This document shows, piece by piece, positions 21,061 through 31,886 of a DNA stretch of 64,000 nt. How positions within the stretch are numbered: the stretch's first letter is position 1; each line of letters starts with the position of its first letter. The notes below the pieces were generated by a model. It was not told where the DNA came from, searched no databases, and saw only the letters and a list, made by a program, of their open reading frames with translations. Location: the NCBI GenBank assembly GCA_035559535.1, contig DATMBG010000002.1, forward strand, positions 1 to 64,000. The letters are read 5' to 3'. The position numbers were made by a program, and so were the translations under genes. This stretch comes from Candidatus Limnocylindrales bacterium (lineage in GTDB: Bacteria > Moduliflexota > Moduliflexia > Moduliflexales > JAUQPW01).

Positions 21061-21484
21061 AATTCATCTCTTTAAATAAAAAGAAGACATAAGTAAAGAA
21101 AAATCTTATTAAGATTTATTTATTATTATGAAATTCTACCATAAAAAATTGTAGAATGAATTAAGAGTCCTGTCAAAGAAAAAGTAAAGCACCTTGTAAT
21201 TTTGTGTTGAAAAAGCTCACTGAGTCCTTCTCCCTTAAGACATTCAGATCTTGGGAAGACTAAAACGGTAGGAGCGTTTTAACCCATAGCCGATGAAAGT
21301 TATATCCATAAAAAACTCCCCATTCATTCAAACAAAAAATATCCAGGAGCAGAGATAAATCTGCCCCTTTGTTTTTATCGGCCAAGGAATTTTATCAGCT
21401 AAAGAAGATGAGGAATGGTTAGAAGATAAAGAAGGCAGATAAAGAAGGCAGATGATGAGGACAGCATCAGAACCCTTACAGATC

Positions 21485-22045
21485 CTATGCCCTGCTGAGA
21501 TATTTACCTTCTGTGGTATCGACTTTAATTACATCACCTTCTTGAATAAAAGGCGGCACTTGAACTACAAGTCCTGTTTCCAAAGTAGCCGGTTTACTTC
21601 CCCGATCAACCGTTGCTCCTTTTAACGTGGGTTCCGTAGAAACAACCTTTAATTCCGCCACCAAAGGTAATTCGATACCCACCGGCTTTCCTTCATAAAA
21701 CTCTACCTGGATTTTGGTATTGGGAGTCAGATAAAAGACACTATCTCCTAATATCTCTGCCGGAATACTGATCTGTTCATAAGTTTCTGTATTCATAAAG
21801 TAATAATCCGTGGCATCATTATATAAATATTCCATTTCGGTTTCTTCCAAAACCACGCGTTCCACTCGATCTTCTGAACGGAACCGGTATTCAATCAGGG
21901 AGCCCGTTTTGAGATTCCTCAGCTTGGTTTGAACCATACCCCGCCAGTTCCCGGGGGTAACATGCTGGAAACTAACTACCTTATACAGATCCCCATTATG
22001 GATGATGGTCATACCCCGTCGCAACTGAGTCGCTGGTAACATCAT
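21485..22045 (-). CDS. efp: Elongation factor P
   Basis: [36 protein letters not shown]. Confidence 0.95.
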   Translation of the reverse strand: MMLPATQLRRGMTIIHNGDLYKVVSFQHVTPGNWRGMVQTKLRNLKTGSLIEYRFRSEDRVERVVLEETEMEYLYNDATDYYFMNTETYEQISIPAEILGDSVFYLTPNTKIQVEFYEGKPVGIELPLVAELKVVSTEPTLKGATVDRGSKPATLETGLVVQVPPFIQEGDVIKVDTTEGKYLSRA

Positions 22046-22348
22046 AGGTGCCCTTGCCTCCTACTTTAAATCAAACAGGTTCTTATAAGAATTCTCCTTG
22101 TAATCTGTCATCTACACAACGTTTACAAGACCAGAGTGTTAGCTAAGTAATCGATCACAAACCCGTCCTTATATATCCACGGAGGAAACGACCATAGAAA
22201 TCCTGTCATTTCTTATGACCGTTTACTTAAAAAATCGCGTTCACTAATCTAAGTTAATATACAAAACCGTCGAGTTAAAAGTCAATCTCTTTTCTTTTGA
22301 ATTGTCACTGAAAACCATCAACCAGGATCCGAGATTGCCAACCTGGTT

Positions 22349-23188
22349 CTACCATCCTTGCGGCCACTCGGCCCCTGGCGGGATTTCTACGATGGCTACA
22401 TTATTGATAACTTCCCGGACTCCACGAACAGAAAGCGCCTTTTCTTCTACTTTTCGTTTTTCCTCTTCACTGCGGACGATTCCTTCCAGAGTAACGACCC
22501 CATGGGCATTGACCTGTACCCTCATATAGGAAGAGCTTGAAGCTTCATCGGTAATGACGATCTCTACTTTTTTTGCCAGGGCCAATCTTTTAAGCATTTC
22601 CATGGATTCCGAACTGGCTGCCTGTAATTCTGGAGATTTTACAGCCTGTGCAATGAAATCGGCGGCGGTTGCAATACTTATATGTTCGGTGTTGATGACC
22701 AGATCGTAAAAGTTCGGATCGGCCTCATCGATATCAAATAAATATCTCATAAAACCGGTCCTCTCCCGATCATTCTGGCGAATTAGCTCTTCGGCAGTTT
22801 CCCGGCTGACCCCCTGATCTTCCATTACGCGTTTTATTCTGAGCTCATAGGGGCTGATCATCTTGACCCGTAATACACCCGGCACATCTTTTAAGATCAT
22901 ATGCCCACCACGACCCATGATAATGACATTTCCCATACAAGCAATCTCATAGATCAAGGACTGAAGGAGGTCCAGGTAAATTTCTTGACTTCGGAAAAAT
23001 CTATCCAGGAATCCGGGTTTTTCTTCGTTAACGACCTTTTCCAACTCTGTCTTAAACCGTCCATAGTCTGAAACCATCTCATGAATTTTGGCCTTATCAA
23101 TCAGACTATAGCCTAAAATCTTCGCCAGCCTATTGGCCGTGGCATTGCCCCCACTACCTAGCTGCCTGGAGATGGTAATAATGGCCAT
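22349..23188 (-). CDS. Cytidylate kinase-like family protein with C-terminal BON domain
   Basis: IITISRQLGSGG, GRGG, YDLVINT; C-terminal GVVTLEG.V...GVREVIN; true start probably 23188. Confidence 0.85.
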   Translation of the reverse strand: MAIITISRQLGSGGNATANRLAKILGYSLIDKAKIHEMVSDYGRFKTELEKVVNEEKPGFLDRFFRSQEIYLDLLQSLIYEIACMGNVIIMGRGGHMILKDVPGVLRVKMISPYELRIKRVMEDQGVSRETAEELIRQNDRERTGFMRYLFDIDEADPNFYDLVINTEHISIATAADFIAQAVKSPELQAASSESMEMLKRLALAKKVEIVITDEASSSSYMRVQVNAHGVVTLEGIVRSEEEKRKVEEKALSVRGVREVINNVAIVEIPPGAEWPQGW

Positions 23189-23200
23189 TTTTATCTGTTG

Positions 23201-23266
23201 CCCGTTGTCAGTTGTGCGTCGTTTTTCACCGTATAGGACTCCAGACAACGGACAACTGACAACGGG
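23201..23266. repeat. Heptamer-repeat inverted stem (ACAACGG/ACAACTG)
   Basis: 15-bp IR CCCGTTGTCAGTTGT / ACAACTGACAACGGG. Confidence 0.65.
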
Positions 23267-23269
23267 TTA

Positions 23270-24193
23270 TCAAGTTTTTCTGAGTACTTGATAATTGCTC
23301 CCCTTAATTCTCTTGGCGGTTTTCTTAACTTCTGCGATCACCTGACCAATTTCACTGGGAGAGGCAAATTCCTTATAGTCGCTTAAAACAACCGCAATGG
23401 AGATGGTGGTAATAGGAAAGTCCCGTTCGATACCCTCCCGATCAACCCCTCGAAAGCTCCCTTTTTGAAGATGCTCTGGATGATAATAAGAAAGAATTTT
23501 TTCATCGAACTCTTTGATAACCCGCTGGCAGATGACTTCAAATTTCTCAGGCGTGGAAATCACGATAAAATCGTCCCCGCCGATGTGACCCACAAAGTCA
23601 TCTTCATTCCCTTCTAACATAACCGTCCCTGCAATCACCCGGGCCGTCATTTGAATCACTTTATTGGCCATGTTAAACCCGTAATTGTCTGCATAAGCTT
23701 TAAAATTATCCAAATCCATGTAACATACCGCGTAGGTAGTTTTACTTTCAATTCGGGACTGGATCTCCCGCTCGACGGCCGCAGCCCCCGGTAAATTCGT
23801 AGAAGGATCCCGGTCCATCACCAATCGGGTTCTCCGAATCAGAGATCGAGCCCTCGCCAGAAGCTCCTTTAAATCGAAGGGTTTTCCTATATAATCATCG
23901 GCTCCCTCATCCAGTCCGTAGATGCGATCTTCAATGCTGTTTTTAGCCGTCAGTACAATGACAGGAATTTTGGATAGAAAAATATTTTTCTTAATCATGC
24001 GACAAACCTGAAACCCATCTATCTTTGGCATCATGATATCCAGTATGACGAGATCAGGAGTATACATCTTTAGCTTTTCCAGAGCATCTTCGCCATCCTC
24101 AGCCAGAATACACTCGTACCCCATATATTTAAATCCGGCGCTGAGGACCTCTCGGATCCCAGGGTTATCATCAACAATCAAAACCTTTTCCAC
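23270..24193 (-). CDS. Response regulator with GGDEF-like domain
   Basis: REC (LDIMMP), DLDNFK..D.YG, HIGGDDF; GTG start. Confidence 0.9.
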   Translation of the reverse strand: MEKVLIVDDNPGIREVLSAGFKYMGYECILAEDGEDALEKLKMYTPDLVILDIMMPKIDGFQVCRMIKKNIFLSKIPVIVLTAKNSIEDRIYGLDEGADDYIGKPFDLKELLARARSLIRRTRLVMDRDPSTNLPGAAAVEREIQSRIESKTTYAVCYMDLDNFKAYADNYGFNMANKVIQMTARVIAGTVMLEGNEDDFVGHIGGDDFIVISTPEKFEVICQRVIKEFDEKILSYYHPEHLQKGSFRGVDREGIERDFPITTISIAVVLSDYKEFASPSEIGQVIAEVKKTAKRIKGSNYQVLRKT

Positions 24194-24305
24194 TTTCCAA
24201 ACCTCTTAAAGCAGTGTGGTAACAGAAAACTTTTTTCCCGGCCTGTCACTCCCACCTGCTTCCCTCCTGCTTAACTGGCCCACTCGTTATAAGTTAAGAA
24301 AGATC

Positions 24306-24334
24306 TTGACAGCTCTGTAGACAACGGATATTAT
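24306..24334 (+). promoter_or_regulatory. Sigma70-type promoter
   Basis: TTGACA-N17-TATTAT. Confidence 0.75.
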
Positions 24335-24412
24335 ATAGACGTTAAATAGGAAACAAGGTTTTAAATTTATGGATAATCTCTTATAAATTTCTGACCCTGG
24401 AGGTGTTACCCT

Positions 24413-24565
24413 ATGGCGTCCCCTACAGCTCGTGTTACCAATATTAGAAAGCGTAAAAAAACCAAAATGGGAAAAGCCCGAAAGAAATGGATTCGAAAAT
24501 ACGGGACAACCCCCTCTCTAGATGCCATTCTGGATGGAGGTAAATTGCCTAAAACAGGTTCATAA
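24413..24565 (+). CDS. Small basic 50-aa protein (not in ORF track)
   Basis: GGAGGT RBS; MASPTARVTNIRKRKKTKMGKARKKWIRKYGTTPSLDAILDGGKLPKTGS. Confidence 0.75.
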   Translation: MASPTARVTNIRKRKKTKMGKARKKWIRKYGTTPSLDAILDGGKLPKTGS

Positions 24566-24721
24566 CCCTTTAACGTCTTCACAGGATCTGAGCCTGGATT
24601 TATTAAACCCGGAGGATCAAGGTATTACTTGATTTCATACCTTCATCTTCTCAGAAAGTCAACCCTTTTCTACAACACAAGTGCATCTTAACTTAAGTTT
24701 TTTGGCGAGGAGTAAAAATTC

Positions 24722-25708
24722 ATGGGGCGATATGACTTTGTGCGTGTTTTGAAGGTTGTTCTTTTAGCCTCGGTTCTTTATTCAGCAGGTTGTAATAATG
24801 AGAATGGAGGTCCTTCAACCCCTCCGGGGCCTGGAAACGTAATGGGAAAAATTACCGGCACCATCAGTGGCGGGCCCATTGCAGGCTCTACAGTCCGAAT
24901 TGGAGGGGCAGCAGCAACCACCACTAGTAATGGAGATTATATTATACCCGGAAGTTTTAGTGGAGTGGTAGGAATTAATGTCGATGGTCCTTCACAATAT
25001 CCTAGACAGGTCACAAAGGATTTATCCCGTAGCCTTGTGGCCAATATCGATGTCATTGAAAAAACCGGTGCCTTTAGTTTACAGTTTTACAGGCAACTGG
25101 TTCGCGATGCGGAAGAAAGCCTTTTCTTACGCCCCACCAATCGATGGGAAGGTTCGGAGCCTACCTTCTTTATCGACACCAGCCCTGAAATCGGTACCGG
25201 AGCCCCCATCCCTTCAAGCACGGTGGATACTGTAAAAAGTGTCATCCGCCAAAGCATGCCGGTTTTTACCAAGGGATTTATCACAGGCTCTCGAATTACG
25301 GTAACCAGTAATCCCCCCGCCGAATTAACTTCAGGAACCATTATTATTAAATTTGACCATACTATTCTCCAAAGAGGTGCCTTTGGGGTTACCCGAACCC
25401 AAACCTTCGGAAATCGAATCGATGCAGCGGTAACACGGTTAGTATTAAATCCTAATTTTCCCTTTGACGAGTTAACCTCCCATGAATTAGGCCATGCCGT
25501 AGGATTTTTCCATGCATCGGACCGACCTTCTGTCATGGTTGCCGTAGGAAGTTGCGGATGTGGTCTATTTACCCAGGATGATCAGGTACATATGAAAATC
25601 AACTACAGCAGACCGGCCGGAAATACCGATATCGATAACGATCCCCCGGACGCCATTACCAAATCCCTGGCTAAACGGGAAGTTATTGAAATTGTGTGCA
25701 GGAAATGA
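24722..25708 (+). CDS. Lipoprotein zinc metalloprotease (metzincin-like)
   Basis: Lipobox SAGC, beta-rich N-domain, HELGHAVGFFH plus SVM Met-turn. Confidence 0.8.
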   Translation: MGRYDFVRVLKVVLLASVLYSAGCNNENGGPSTPPGPGNVMGKITGTISGGPIAGSTVRIGGAAATTTSNGDYIIPGSFSGVVGINVDGPSQYPRQVTKDLSRSLVANIDVIEKTGAFSLQFYRQLVRDAEESLFLRPTNRWEGSEPTFFIDTSPEIGTGAPIPSSTVDTVKSVIRQSMPVFTKGFITGSRITVTSNPPAELTSGTIIIKFDHTILQRGAFGVTRTQTFGNRIDAAVTRLVLNPNFPFDELTSHELGHAVGFFHASDRPSVMVAVGSCGCGLFTQDDQVHMKINYSRPAGNTDIDNDPPDAITKSLAKREVIEIVCRK

Positions 25709-25727
25709 CTACGGACCCTTGTATTTT

Positions 25728-26291
25728 TTAATTCCTTAATTCAACACTTTGAATCACCGTGTACTCCGGCCCGGTTGGTTTTAAATCGCTTCGAATAAGA
25801 TGGATGTGATTGACCTGGAGAACACCAAATTCTGTATTTACCACCGTTTCCACCGTCCTTAACAAATTGCTTTTGTTCTTTTCGGATTTAACCCGCCCGA
25901 GGGTAATATGGGGTTTAAACACACCTTCTTCAATGGCAAATCCTAAGCCATGAAGACCCTGCTCCAGTCGGTGTTGAATTTTCTGAAGGGCTTCCTGGAC
26001 ATCCTGAACCCCCACCCAGATGACTCGCGGATATCGAAGGTTTGGAAACGCTCCTACGCGGGCTATGGAAATCTGAAAAGGACCGGTTCCTTGGGTACTT
26101 TCCTGCATCACCCGAACGATATCCTCGATCTGGGATTCAGAGGTATCTCCGAGAAACTTAAGGGTCAAGTGAATATTTTCCGGTTCAACCCATTTGACGG
26201 ATACTCCAGATTCTTTTAAGATATTTTGAACTTCTACGATCTTTTGAAGAACCTCCTCCGAAATTTTTATAGCAATGAAAGACCGGATCAT
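25728..26291 (-). CDS. thpR: RNA 2',3'-cyclic phosphodiesterase
   Basis: Two HxT motifs (HLTLKFLG, PHITLGR). Confidence 0.93.
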   Translation of the reverse strand: MIRSFIAIKISEEVLQKIVEVQNILKESGVSVKWVEPENIHLTLKFLGDTSESQIEDIVRVMQESTQGTGPFQISIARVGAFPNLRYPRVIWVGVQDVQEALQKIQHRLEQGLHGLGFAIEEGVFKPHITLGRVKSEKNKSNLLRTVETVVNTEFGVLQVNHIHLIRSDLKPTGPEYTVIQSVELRN

Positions 26292-26293
26292 AA

Positions 26294-27535
26294 TTATAAA
26301 CTGGTCAGGTGTCTACGAATCATATCCAGGCCCATTTGAGAAGCCCTTAATTTAATGGAATTTCGGTCTCCCGAAAAATAAAACCGCTCCGATTTAGTCT
26401 CTCTACCCTCGGCTGCCAGAGCAATATAAACCAACCCAACCGGTTTCTCCGGGGTTCCACCTGACGGCCCTGCGATTCCTGTGGTGGCTAATCCCAAAGA
26501 GGTCTGGGAGATCCATCGAACTCCTTCCGCCATTGCAATGGCCGCTTCGGCACTCACTGGGCCTTTTTCCCGAATAATCTCCGGAGAAACATCCAGTAAA
26601 CTCATCTTGGCCTCATTGCTGTAAGAGATAATCCCCCGCTCAAAATAACGAGAGCTTCCTTCTACATTGGTCAATCTATGACAAATAAGACCTCCGGTAC
26701 AGGATTCGGCCACAGCCAGGGTCTTTCGATTCAGGGCTAAAAGGGATCCGACGACTTCTTCCAAGGTCTGTTCACCGGTTCCATAGAGATAGCTTCCGAG
26801 CTTTCTTCTAAGTTTATACTCCAAATCACGCCGAAGGGCCTCTACCTCTTCCGGGGTCTCACCCTTCACTTCCATGGCGATCTCCACTTCCTCTCCATAG
26901 GGAATGAGACTGAAGGTGATATTACCCTGACTACGTACAACAGACCGGACCCATTCCTCTAAGGTAGATTCTGCAAGCCCGCAGGTCTTTAAAATCAGGG
27001 TGTCCGAGGGGACCTTTTTCAACCCTTGCAGGTCCAATCGGGGTAAAACTTCCTGGGTCCAGATGGCCTTGATTTCTACCGGATCCCCGGGCAAGGCAAT
27101 CACCACCGCATCACCTTGGTGAAACAGAAATCCAGGAGACATACCGATGGGGTTTTCTAACAATTCGGTCTCAGACAAGATGAGCGCCTGCTTTTCTTCT
27201 GAACGTGGCATAACCTCCCCACGCTTTTCAAAGCGCTGTTTGATTTTATCTAAAACTTTATAATCTAAAACCAGCCGTTTATTAAGAACCCGGGATAAGA
27301 TTTTTTTGGTAATATCATAATGATGGGAGCCTAAACCACCCAGGACAAAAATTAAACCGGAGCGAAGCAAAGCCTGACGCAGTATCTCCTCTAAGTAATC
27401 TTCTCGGTTTCCCACAAAAGTGGTATAATCGACCTCAACTCCGGCGTGCAAAAGTTCCCGGGTTACCACGGCGGCTCCTAAATTTTGGGTCTGTCCAGAA
27501 GCAAGATCCTGACCAACACTGATAATTTCAACCAC
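26294..27535 (-). CDS. cinA: CinA (MocF-like domain + NMN deamidase)
   Basis: AESCTGG, GSS.YF, YSN.AK, TGIAGPSGG..KPVGLV; GTG start. Confidence 0.92.
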   Translation of the reverse strand: MVEIISVGQDLASGQTQNLGAAVVTRELLHAGVEVDYTTFVGNREDYLEEILRQALLRSGLIFVLGGLGSHHYDITKKILSRVLNKRLVLDYKVLDKIKQRFEKRGEVMPRSEEKQALILSETELLENPIGMSPGFLFHQGDAVVIALPGDPVEIKAIWTQEVLPRLDLQGLKKVPSDTLILKTCGLAESTLEEWVRSVVRSQGNITFSLIPYGEEVEIAMEVKGETPEEVEALRRDLEYKLRRKLGSYLYGTGEQTLEEVVGSLLALNRKTLAVAESCTGGLICHRLTNVEGSSRYFERGIISYSNEAKMSLLDVSPEIIREKGPVSAEAAIAMAEGVRWISQTSLGLATTGIAGPSGGTPEKPVGLVYIALAAEGRETKSERFYFSGDRNSIKLRASQMGLDMIRRHLTSL

Positions 27536-27657
27536 TAACTACCGTTTCTTATCCATCGTCCTTTTATCCCTTGTTTGTAAGGTATCCTTTAGCGGGTCAG
27601 ATAAATCCCTCTAATTATATTACTTACAAGCAATGGACAAAGGACAAAGGATAGTTT

Positions 27658-28137
27658 TTATTTTAGAAGCAAATGAACTACCTGTAAAACAAGATTTGAA
27701 TAAATACCGGCTATGGCGTCATCTGCCATCGTTCCGAATCCAGCCAGATTCGGATTTTGATCTATTTTCCGGATACCGAAAGGTTTAAAGATATCAAATA
27801 ATCTGAAAAGGAAGAACCCTCCCACAACAAACCCGATAGTTTTAGGAAGAAGAAATAAGGTAAGAAGGTAACCCACGATCTCATCTATCACCACGATACC
27901 CGGATCTGGCTGGCCTAGTACTTTTTGAATTTCGTTTGCAGCTTTAACCCCAACTAGAAAAAGAAGAAGGGTTATCCCCAGATAGAGAGTCCAGGGAAAG
28001 GGCCGGAGGATAAAATAGAGGGGAAGGGTAGCTACTGAAGCCACTGTACCCGGAGCTACAGGGGTATATCCTACATAAAATCCCGTACCGATCATATGGT
28101 AGATTTTATAAAACTTTGTAGCGGGTTTTGTGATCAT
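27658..28137 (-). CDS. pgpA: Phosphatidylglycerophosphatase A
   Basis: APGT, DPGIVVIDE, FRLFDIFKP, DDAIAG. Confidence 0.93.
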   Translation of the reverse strand: MITKPATKFYKIYHMIGTGFYVGYTPVAPGTVASVATLPLYFILRPFPWTLYLGITLLLFLVGVKAANEIQKVLGQPDPGIVVIDEIVGYLLTLFLLPKTIGFVVGGFFLFRLFDIFKPFGIRKIDQNPNLAGFGTMADDAIAGIYSNLVLQVVHLLLK

Positions 28138-28140
28138 TCT

Positions 28141-29301
28141 TTACACCAATAAAACCAGATTATCTCGATGAATGACTTCATCTTCACCACGTTCATAACC
28201 CAGCCGGGCTTTGATTTCCCCCGATTTGGCTCCTTTGATTTTCATGATTTCCTCTGAAGAATAACTCACCAATCCCCGGGCAATTTCATGACTTTCGAGA
28301 TCTACGACACTTACCAAATCTCCGGGGACAAAGTTTCCTTCAACTTCTTTGATTCCAGAAGGAAGCAGACTGGCTCCTTGATGGCAAATGGCCGCTTTAG
28401 CACCTGAGTCTACCTTGATTCTCCCTTTGGGAAAAAGAGCATGGGCCAGCCAATTCTTCCGATTTCTCCGACGTTGAACCTGACGCTTACCGGGTAGAAA
28501 AAGCGTACCGACCTCTTCACCATGCAGAATACGTCGCACCACGTTTTTCTCATGACCATGGGCAATGACGGTATAAATGCCGAAATTCATGGCCATTTTG
28601 CAGGCCTGAAGTTTGGTATACATGCCACCCCGACTCCCTTTTGTCATCCTGGCATGCTGCGCTGCCTGTTCCATTTCCGGGGTGATATTCTCGATAACGG
28701 GAATAAACTCCAGAGAACCTTGCTGACGGGGATCTTTTGGATCCCCACTATAAACCCCAGGGATATTAGAGAGAAAAATCAACACATCGGCCTCGATCTT
28801 GTTTGCGATAAAAGCCGCCAGGGTATCGTTTTCCCCAAACTCAATTCCCTCGGTGGAGATGGTATCATTTTCGTTAACAATGGGAATTACCTGCGGGTTT
28901 TTTAACAGGTAATTAAAGGTGTTTAGGATGTTCAAGTACTTCTCCCAGATTCTAAAATCCGATCGTGTAACCATAACCTGGGCCACCCATAATCCGAATT
29001 TTTTCAAGATTTCTTGATACTTTTGCATGAGTATAACCTGTCCTACCGCTGCCGCAGCCTGCTTTATCTGGGTATTCTGTACCGAAACCAGAGGATCATA
29101 ACCCAACTTGAAAACTCCCGTTCGAACAGCGCCAGAAGTTACCATTACGATCTCTTTACCTTCTTTCTTAAGACTACTTAAATCCTCGGCCAGGTTATTC
29201 AAAAAATCCTCGTACAATTCCCCCTGGTTATCTACCAGGATATTGGTACCCGCCTTGACAACAATTCTCTTTACATGCTCAAAATAGACTTTACGATTCA
29301 T
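28141..29301 (-). CDS. proB: Glutamate 5-kinase
   Basis: IVVKAGT, SGAV, NENDT, GGMYTKL, C-terminal PUA domain. Confidence 0.95.
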   Translation of the reverse strand: MNRKVYFEHVKRIVVKAGTNILVDNQGELYEDFLNNLAEDLSSLKKEGKEIVMVTSGAVRTGVFKLGYDPLVSVQNTQIKQAAAAVGQVILMQKYQEILKKFGLWVAQVMVTRSDFRIWEKYLNILNTFNYLLKNPQVIPIVNENDTISTEGIEFGENDTLAAFIANKIEADVLIFLSNIPGVYSGDPKDPRQQGSLEFIPVIENITPEMEQAAQHARMTKGSRGGMYTKLQACKMAMNFGIYTVIAHGHEKNVVRRILHGEEVGTLFLPGKRQVQRRRNRKNWLAHALFPKGRIKVDSGAKAAICHQGASLLPSGIKEVEGNFVPGDLVSVVDLESHEIARGLVSYSSEEIMKIKGAKSGEIKARLGYERGEDEVIHRDNLVLLV

Positions 29302-29464
29302 ATCTTGTCCTATCTTGAGGGCAGGGGCGTACGGCCGTACGCCCGTACTTAGGGCCAGCTATCAGGTTCTCATCTCCGGCTTCCGGTCTTTACGCCTCTG
29401 ACTACTGAGGACACAGTCCGGGTTTTGTCCATGGAATTGGAGGTCGGTCTCTCCCCTTCGACTT

Positions 29465-30733
29465 TTACTCTCGCAGCTGCCCACTTCCGTAGATGATATA
29501 TTTTGTAGAAGTTAATTCCTTGAGTCCAACCGGTCCACGGGCGTGTAATTTCTGGGTGCTGATTCCGATTTCTGCTCCCAAGCCAAATTGATTTCCATCG
29601 GTAAATCGGGTGGAAGCATTCACATATACCGCAGCAGCATCTACTTCCCAGAGAAACCTTCTGGCTTTGGTGTAATTCTCTGTGACAATGGCCTCTGAAA
29701 GCATCGAGCCATGTTTTGTAATATGCTCGATGGCTTCATCGATGCCGGTAACTACTTTAATAGACAGGATGAGATCCAGGTATTCTGTATCCCAATCTGC
29801 TTCCGTAGCCGGTTTAATATCCGGGACTATGGCCCGGGTCTGCTCACATCCTCGAATTTCAACCCCTGCTTGTTTATATCTTTGGATCATGGCCGGGAGA
29901 AACTTTTCGGCGATATCTTGATGGACGAGTAAAGTTTCCATGGCATTACAAACTCCCGGTCGTTGAACCTTGGCATTATAAGCGATTTCTTCAGCCATTT
30001 TTAAGTCCGCGTCGTTGTCCACATATACATGGCACAATCCCTTATCATGCTTGATAACGGGAATGGTCGAGTTCTCGGTTACGGTCCGGATCAGTTCCTC
30101 CCCTCCGCGGGGAATAATCACATCAATGTATTTATCTAACTTGAGCATTTCGTAGACGGCCTGACGATCCGTAGTTTTAACCATTTGAATGGCATATTCT
30201 GGAACCCCTGCCCTTTGTGCAGATTCGGTCAAAATACCGGCGAGGTACATATTGGAGTGAATGGCTTCAGAGCCCCCTCGCAAAATAACGGCATTTCCGG
30301 CCTTGAGACAGAGTCCGGCCGTATCTACGGTGACATTGGGTCGTGACTCATAAATAATACCGATCACGCCCAGAGGGACTCGAACTTTACCGATTTCCAG
30401 ACCGTTGGGTCGACGCCACATTTCGACTACCTCTCCTACAGGATCCGGCAACAGGGCGACTTCTCGAAGTCCATCGGCCATCGCTTTTATACGTCTGTCG
30501 TTGAGGAGGAGCCGGTCAATCATAGCCGACGAGAGCCCTTTACTCCGGGCATAGGCCAGATCTTTTTCATTTTCTTGTTTGATTCGCTGCTTTTGAGCTT
30601 CGATTTCATCGGCCATGGAGTGGAGGGCGTTGTTCTTGATTGTTGTGGATAAGTTGGCCAGTTTTTTAGCTGCTTGTCTGGCTTGCCGGGCAAGCCGAAT
30701 CATCTCCTCTTTTATATCCATTTTAAAACTCAT
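29465..30733 (-). CDS. proA: Gamma-glutamyl phosphate reductase
   Basis: [36 protein letters not shown]. Confidence 0.96.
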   Translation of the reverse strand: MSFKMDIKEEMIRLARQARQAAKKLANLSTTIKNNALHSMADEIEAQKQRIKQENEKDLAYARSKGLSSAMIDRLLLNDRRIKAMADGLREVALLPDPVGEVVEMWRRPNGLEIGKVRVPLGVIGIIYESRPNVTVDTAGLCLKAGNAVILRGGSEAIHSNMYLAGILTESAQRAGVPEYAIQMVKTTDRQAVYEMLKLDKYIDVIIPRGGEELIRTVTENSTIPVIKHDKGLCHVYVDNDADLKMAEEIAYNAKVQRPGVCNAMETLLVHQDIAEKFLPAMIQRYKQAGVEIRGCEQTRAIVPDIKPATEADWDTEYLDLILSIKVVTGIDEAIEHITKHGSMLSEAIVTENYTKARRFLWEVDAAAVYVNASTRFTDGNQFGLGAEIGISTQKLHARGPVGLKELTSTKYIIYGSGQLRE

Positions 30734-31077
30734 GGGGTTAGAAATAGCCTTCAGGTTCTAAGCCCTAGGGCTACTTTTTCAAAAGTAGAAATCCCAAATC
30801 TCGGTAGGAACATACTCCCAGGTTCGCCCGGGAGATGGATACCCATCGCTTGAAAGTACATAACAATAACCCGTCTTGTCAAGGAAAAACTATCCGGGGG
30901 ACCAACCTGAGAGATTTAAAAATTTTCAGGCGCTTTTCCTCTTGCTCCCCGGGAAAAAAAGATGTATACTTGCTCCTCAAGGAAAAAAGATGTATAAATG
31001 TAAAAGCAATTTTGTGGAATATCGGTACTAACCGATCTGCTTGGTCAGCGACTATAATTATGGTTATTTGATACAAC

Positions 31078-31851
31078 ATGCTCATCTTAATTACAAATGA
31101 TGACGGGATTTATGCCAAAGGCATTCTGGCCCTATACCAGGAATTACAGAACCTGGGAGAGGTGATCGTGGTAGCTCCGGAGCGAGAACGGAGCGCTGTC
31201 GGTCATGCTATAACTATTTCCGATCCTCTTCGGGTCTGGCAGGTGGAACGGGGTGGGAAATTTTTTGGATATGCGGTAAACGGGACTCCTGCGGATTGCG
31301 TTAAGCTGGCGGTTAATGCTTTATTGGAAGTAAAACCGGATATCCTCATCTCGGGAATTAATCATGGCCCTAACACGGGTACTAATGTCATCTACTCGGG
31401 AACGGTTTCTGCCGCTACGGAGGGAACTATTCTGGGAATCCCATCCATTGCCGTATCCCTAGATGCTTCCCATGCGGAAAACCCAGATTTCAGCTATGCA
31501 GCTAAATTTACCCATAAACTTGCTGTAAAAGTTATGGAGGAAGGGCTTCCCAAGGGGACAACCCTCAATGTAAACATTCCTTACCTCCCGGAAGATCAGA
31601 TCAAAGGCGTTGCCATCACCCGTCAGGGAAGTTTGAAATTTACCGATACCTTTCAAATGCGGACCGATCCGCGTAATCGTCTCTACTATTGGTTAACCGG
31701 CGAGAAAATCGAGGTAGAACCCAACGGAGAAGAGGAGGAAATCGACCACCTGGTTCTAAGACAACATAAAATTTCCATTACTCCCCTTCAATATGACTTA
31801 ACCGATTATAAATTGTTGGAAGAGCTCAAAAAGTGGGATTTTGATTTATAA
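31078..31851 (+). CDS. surE: 5'/3'-nucleotidase SurE
   Basis: TNDDG, GTPADCV, SGINHG.N, YSGTVSAA. Confidence 0.96.
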   Translation: MLILITNDDGIYAKGILALYQELQNLGEVIVVAPERERSAVGHAITISDPLRVWQVERGGKFFGYAVNGTPADCVKLAVNALLEVKPDILISGINHGPNTGTNVIYSGTVSAATEGTILGIPSIAVSLDASHAENPDFSYAAKFTHKLAVKVMEEGLPKGTTLNVNIPYLPEDQIKGVAITRQGSLKFTDTFQMRTDPRNRLYYWLTGEKIEVEPNGEEEEIDHLVLRQHKISITPLQYDLTDYKLLEELKKWDFDL

Positions 31852-31886
31852 TTGCCTTTTATTTTTTGACTTAGACCGTAAAACTT

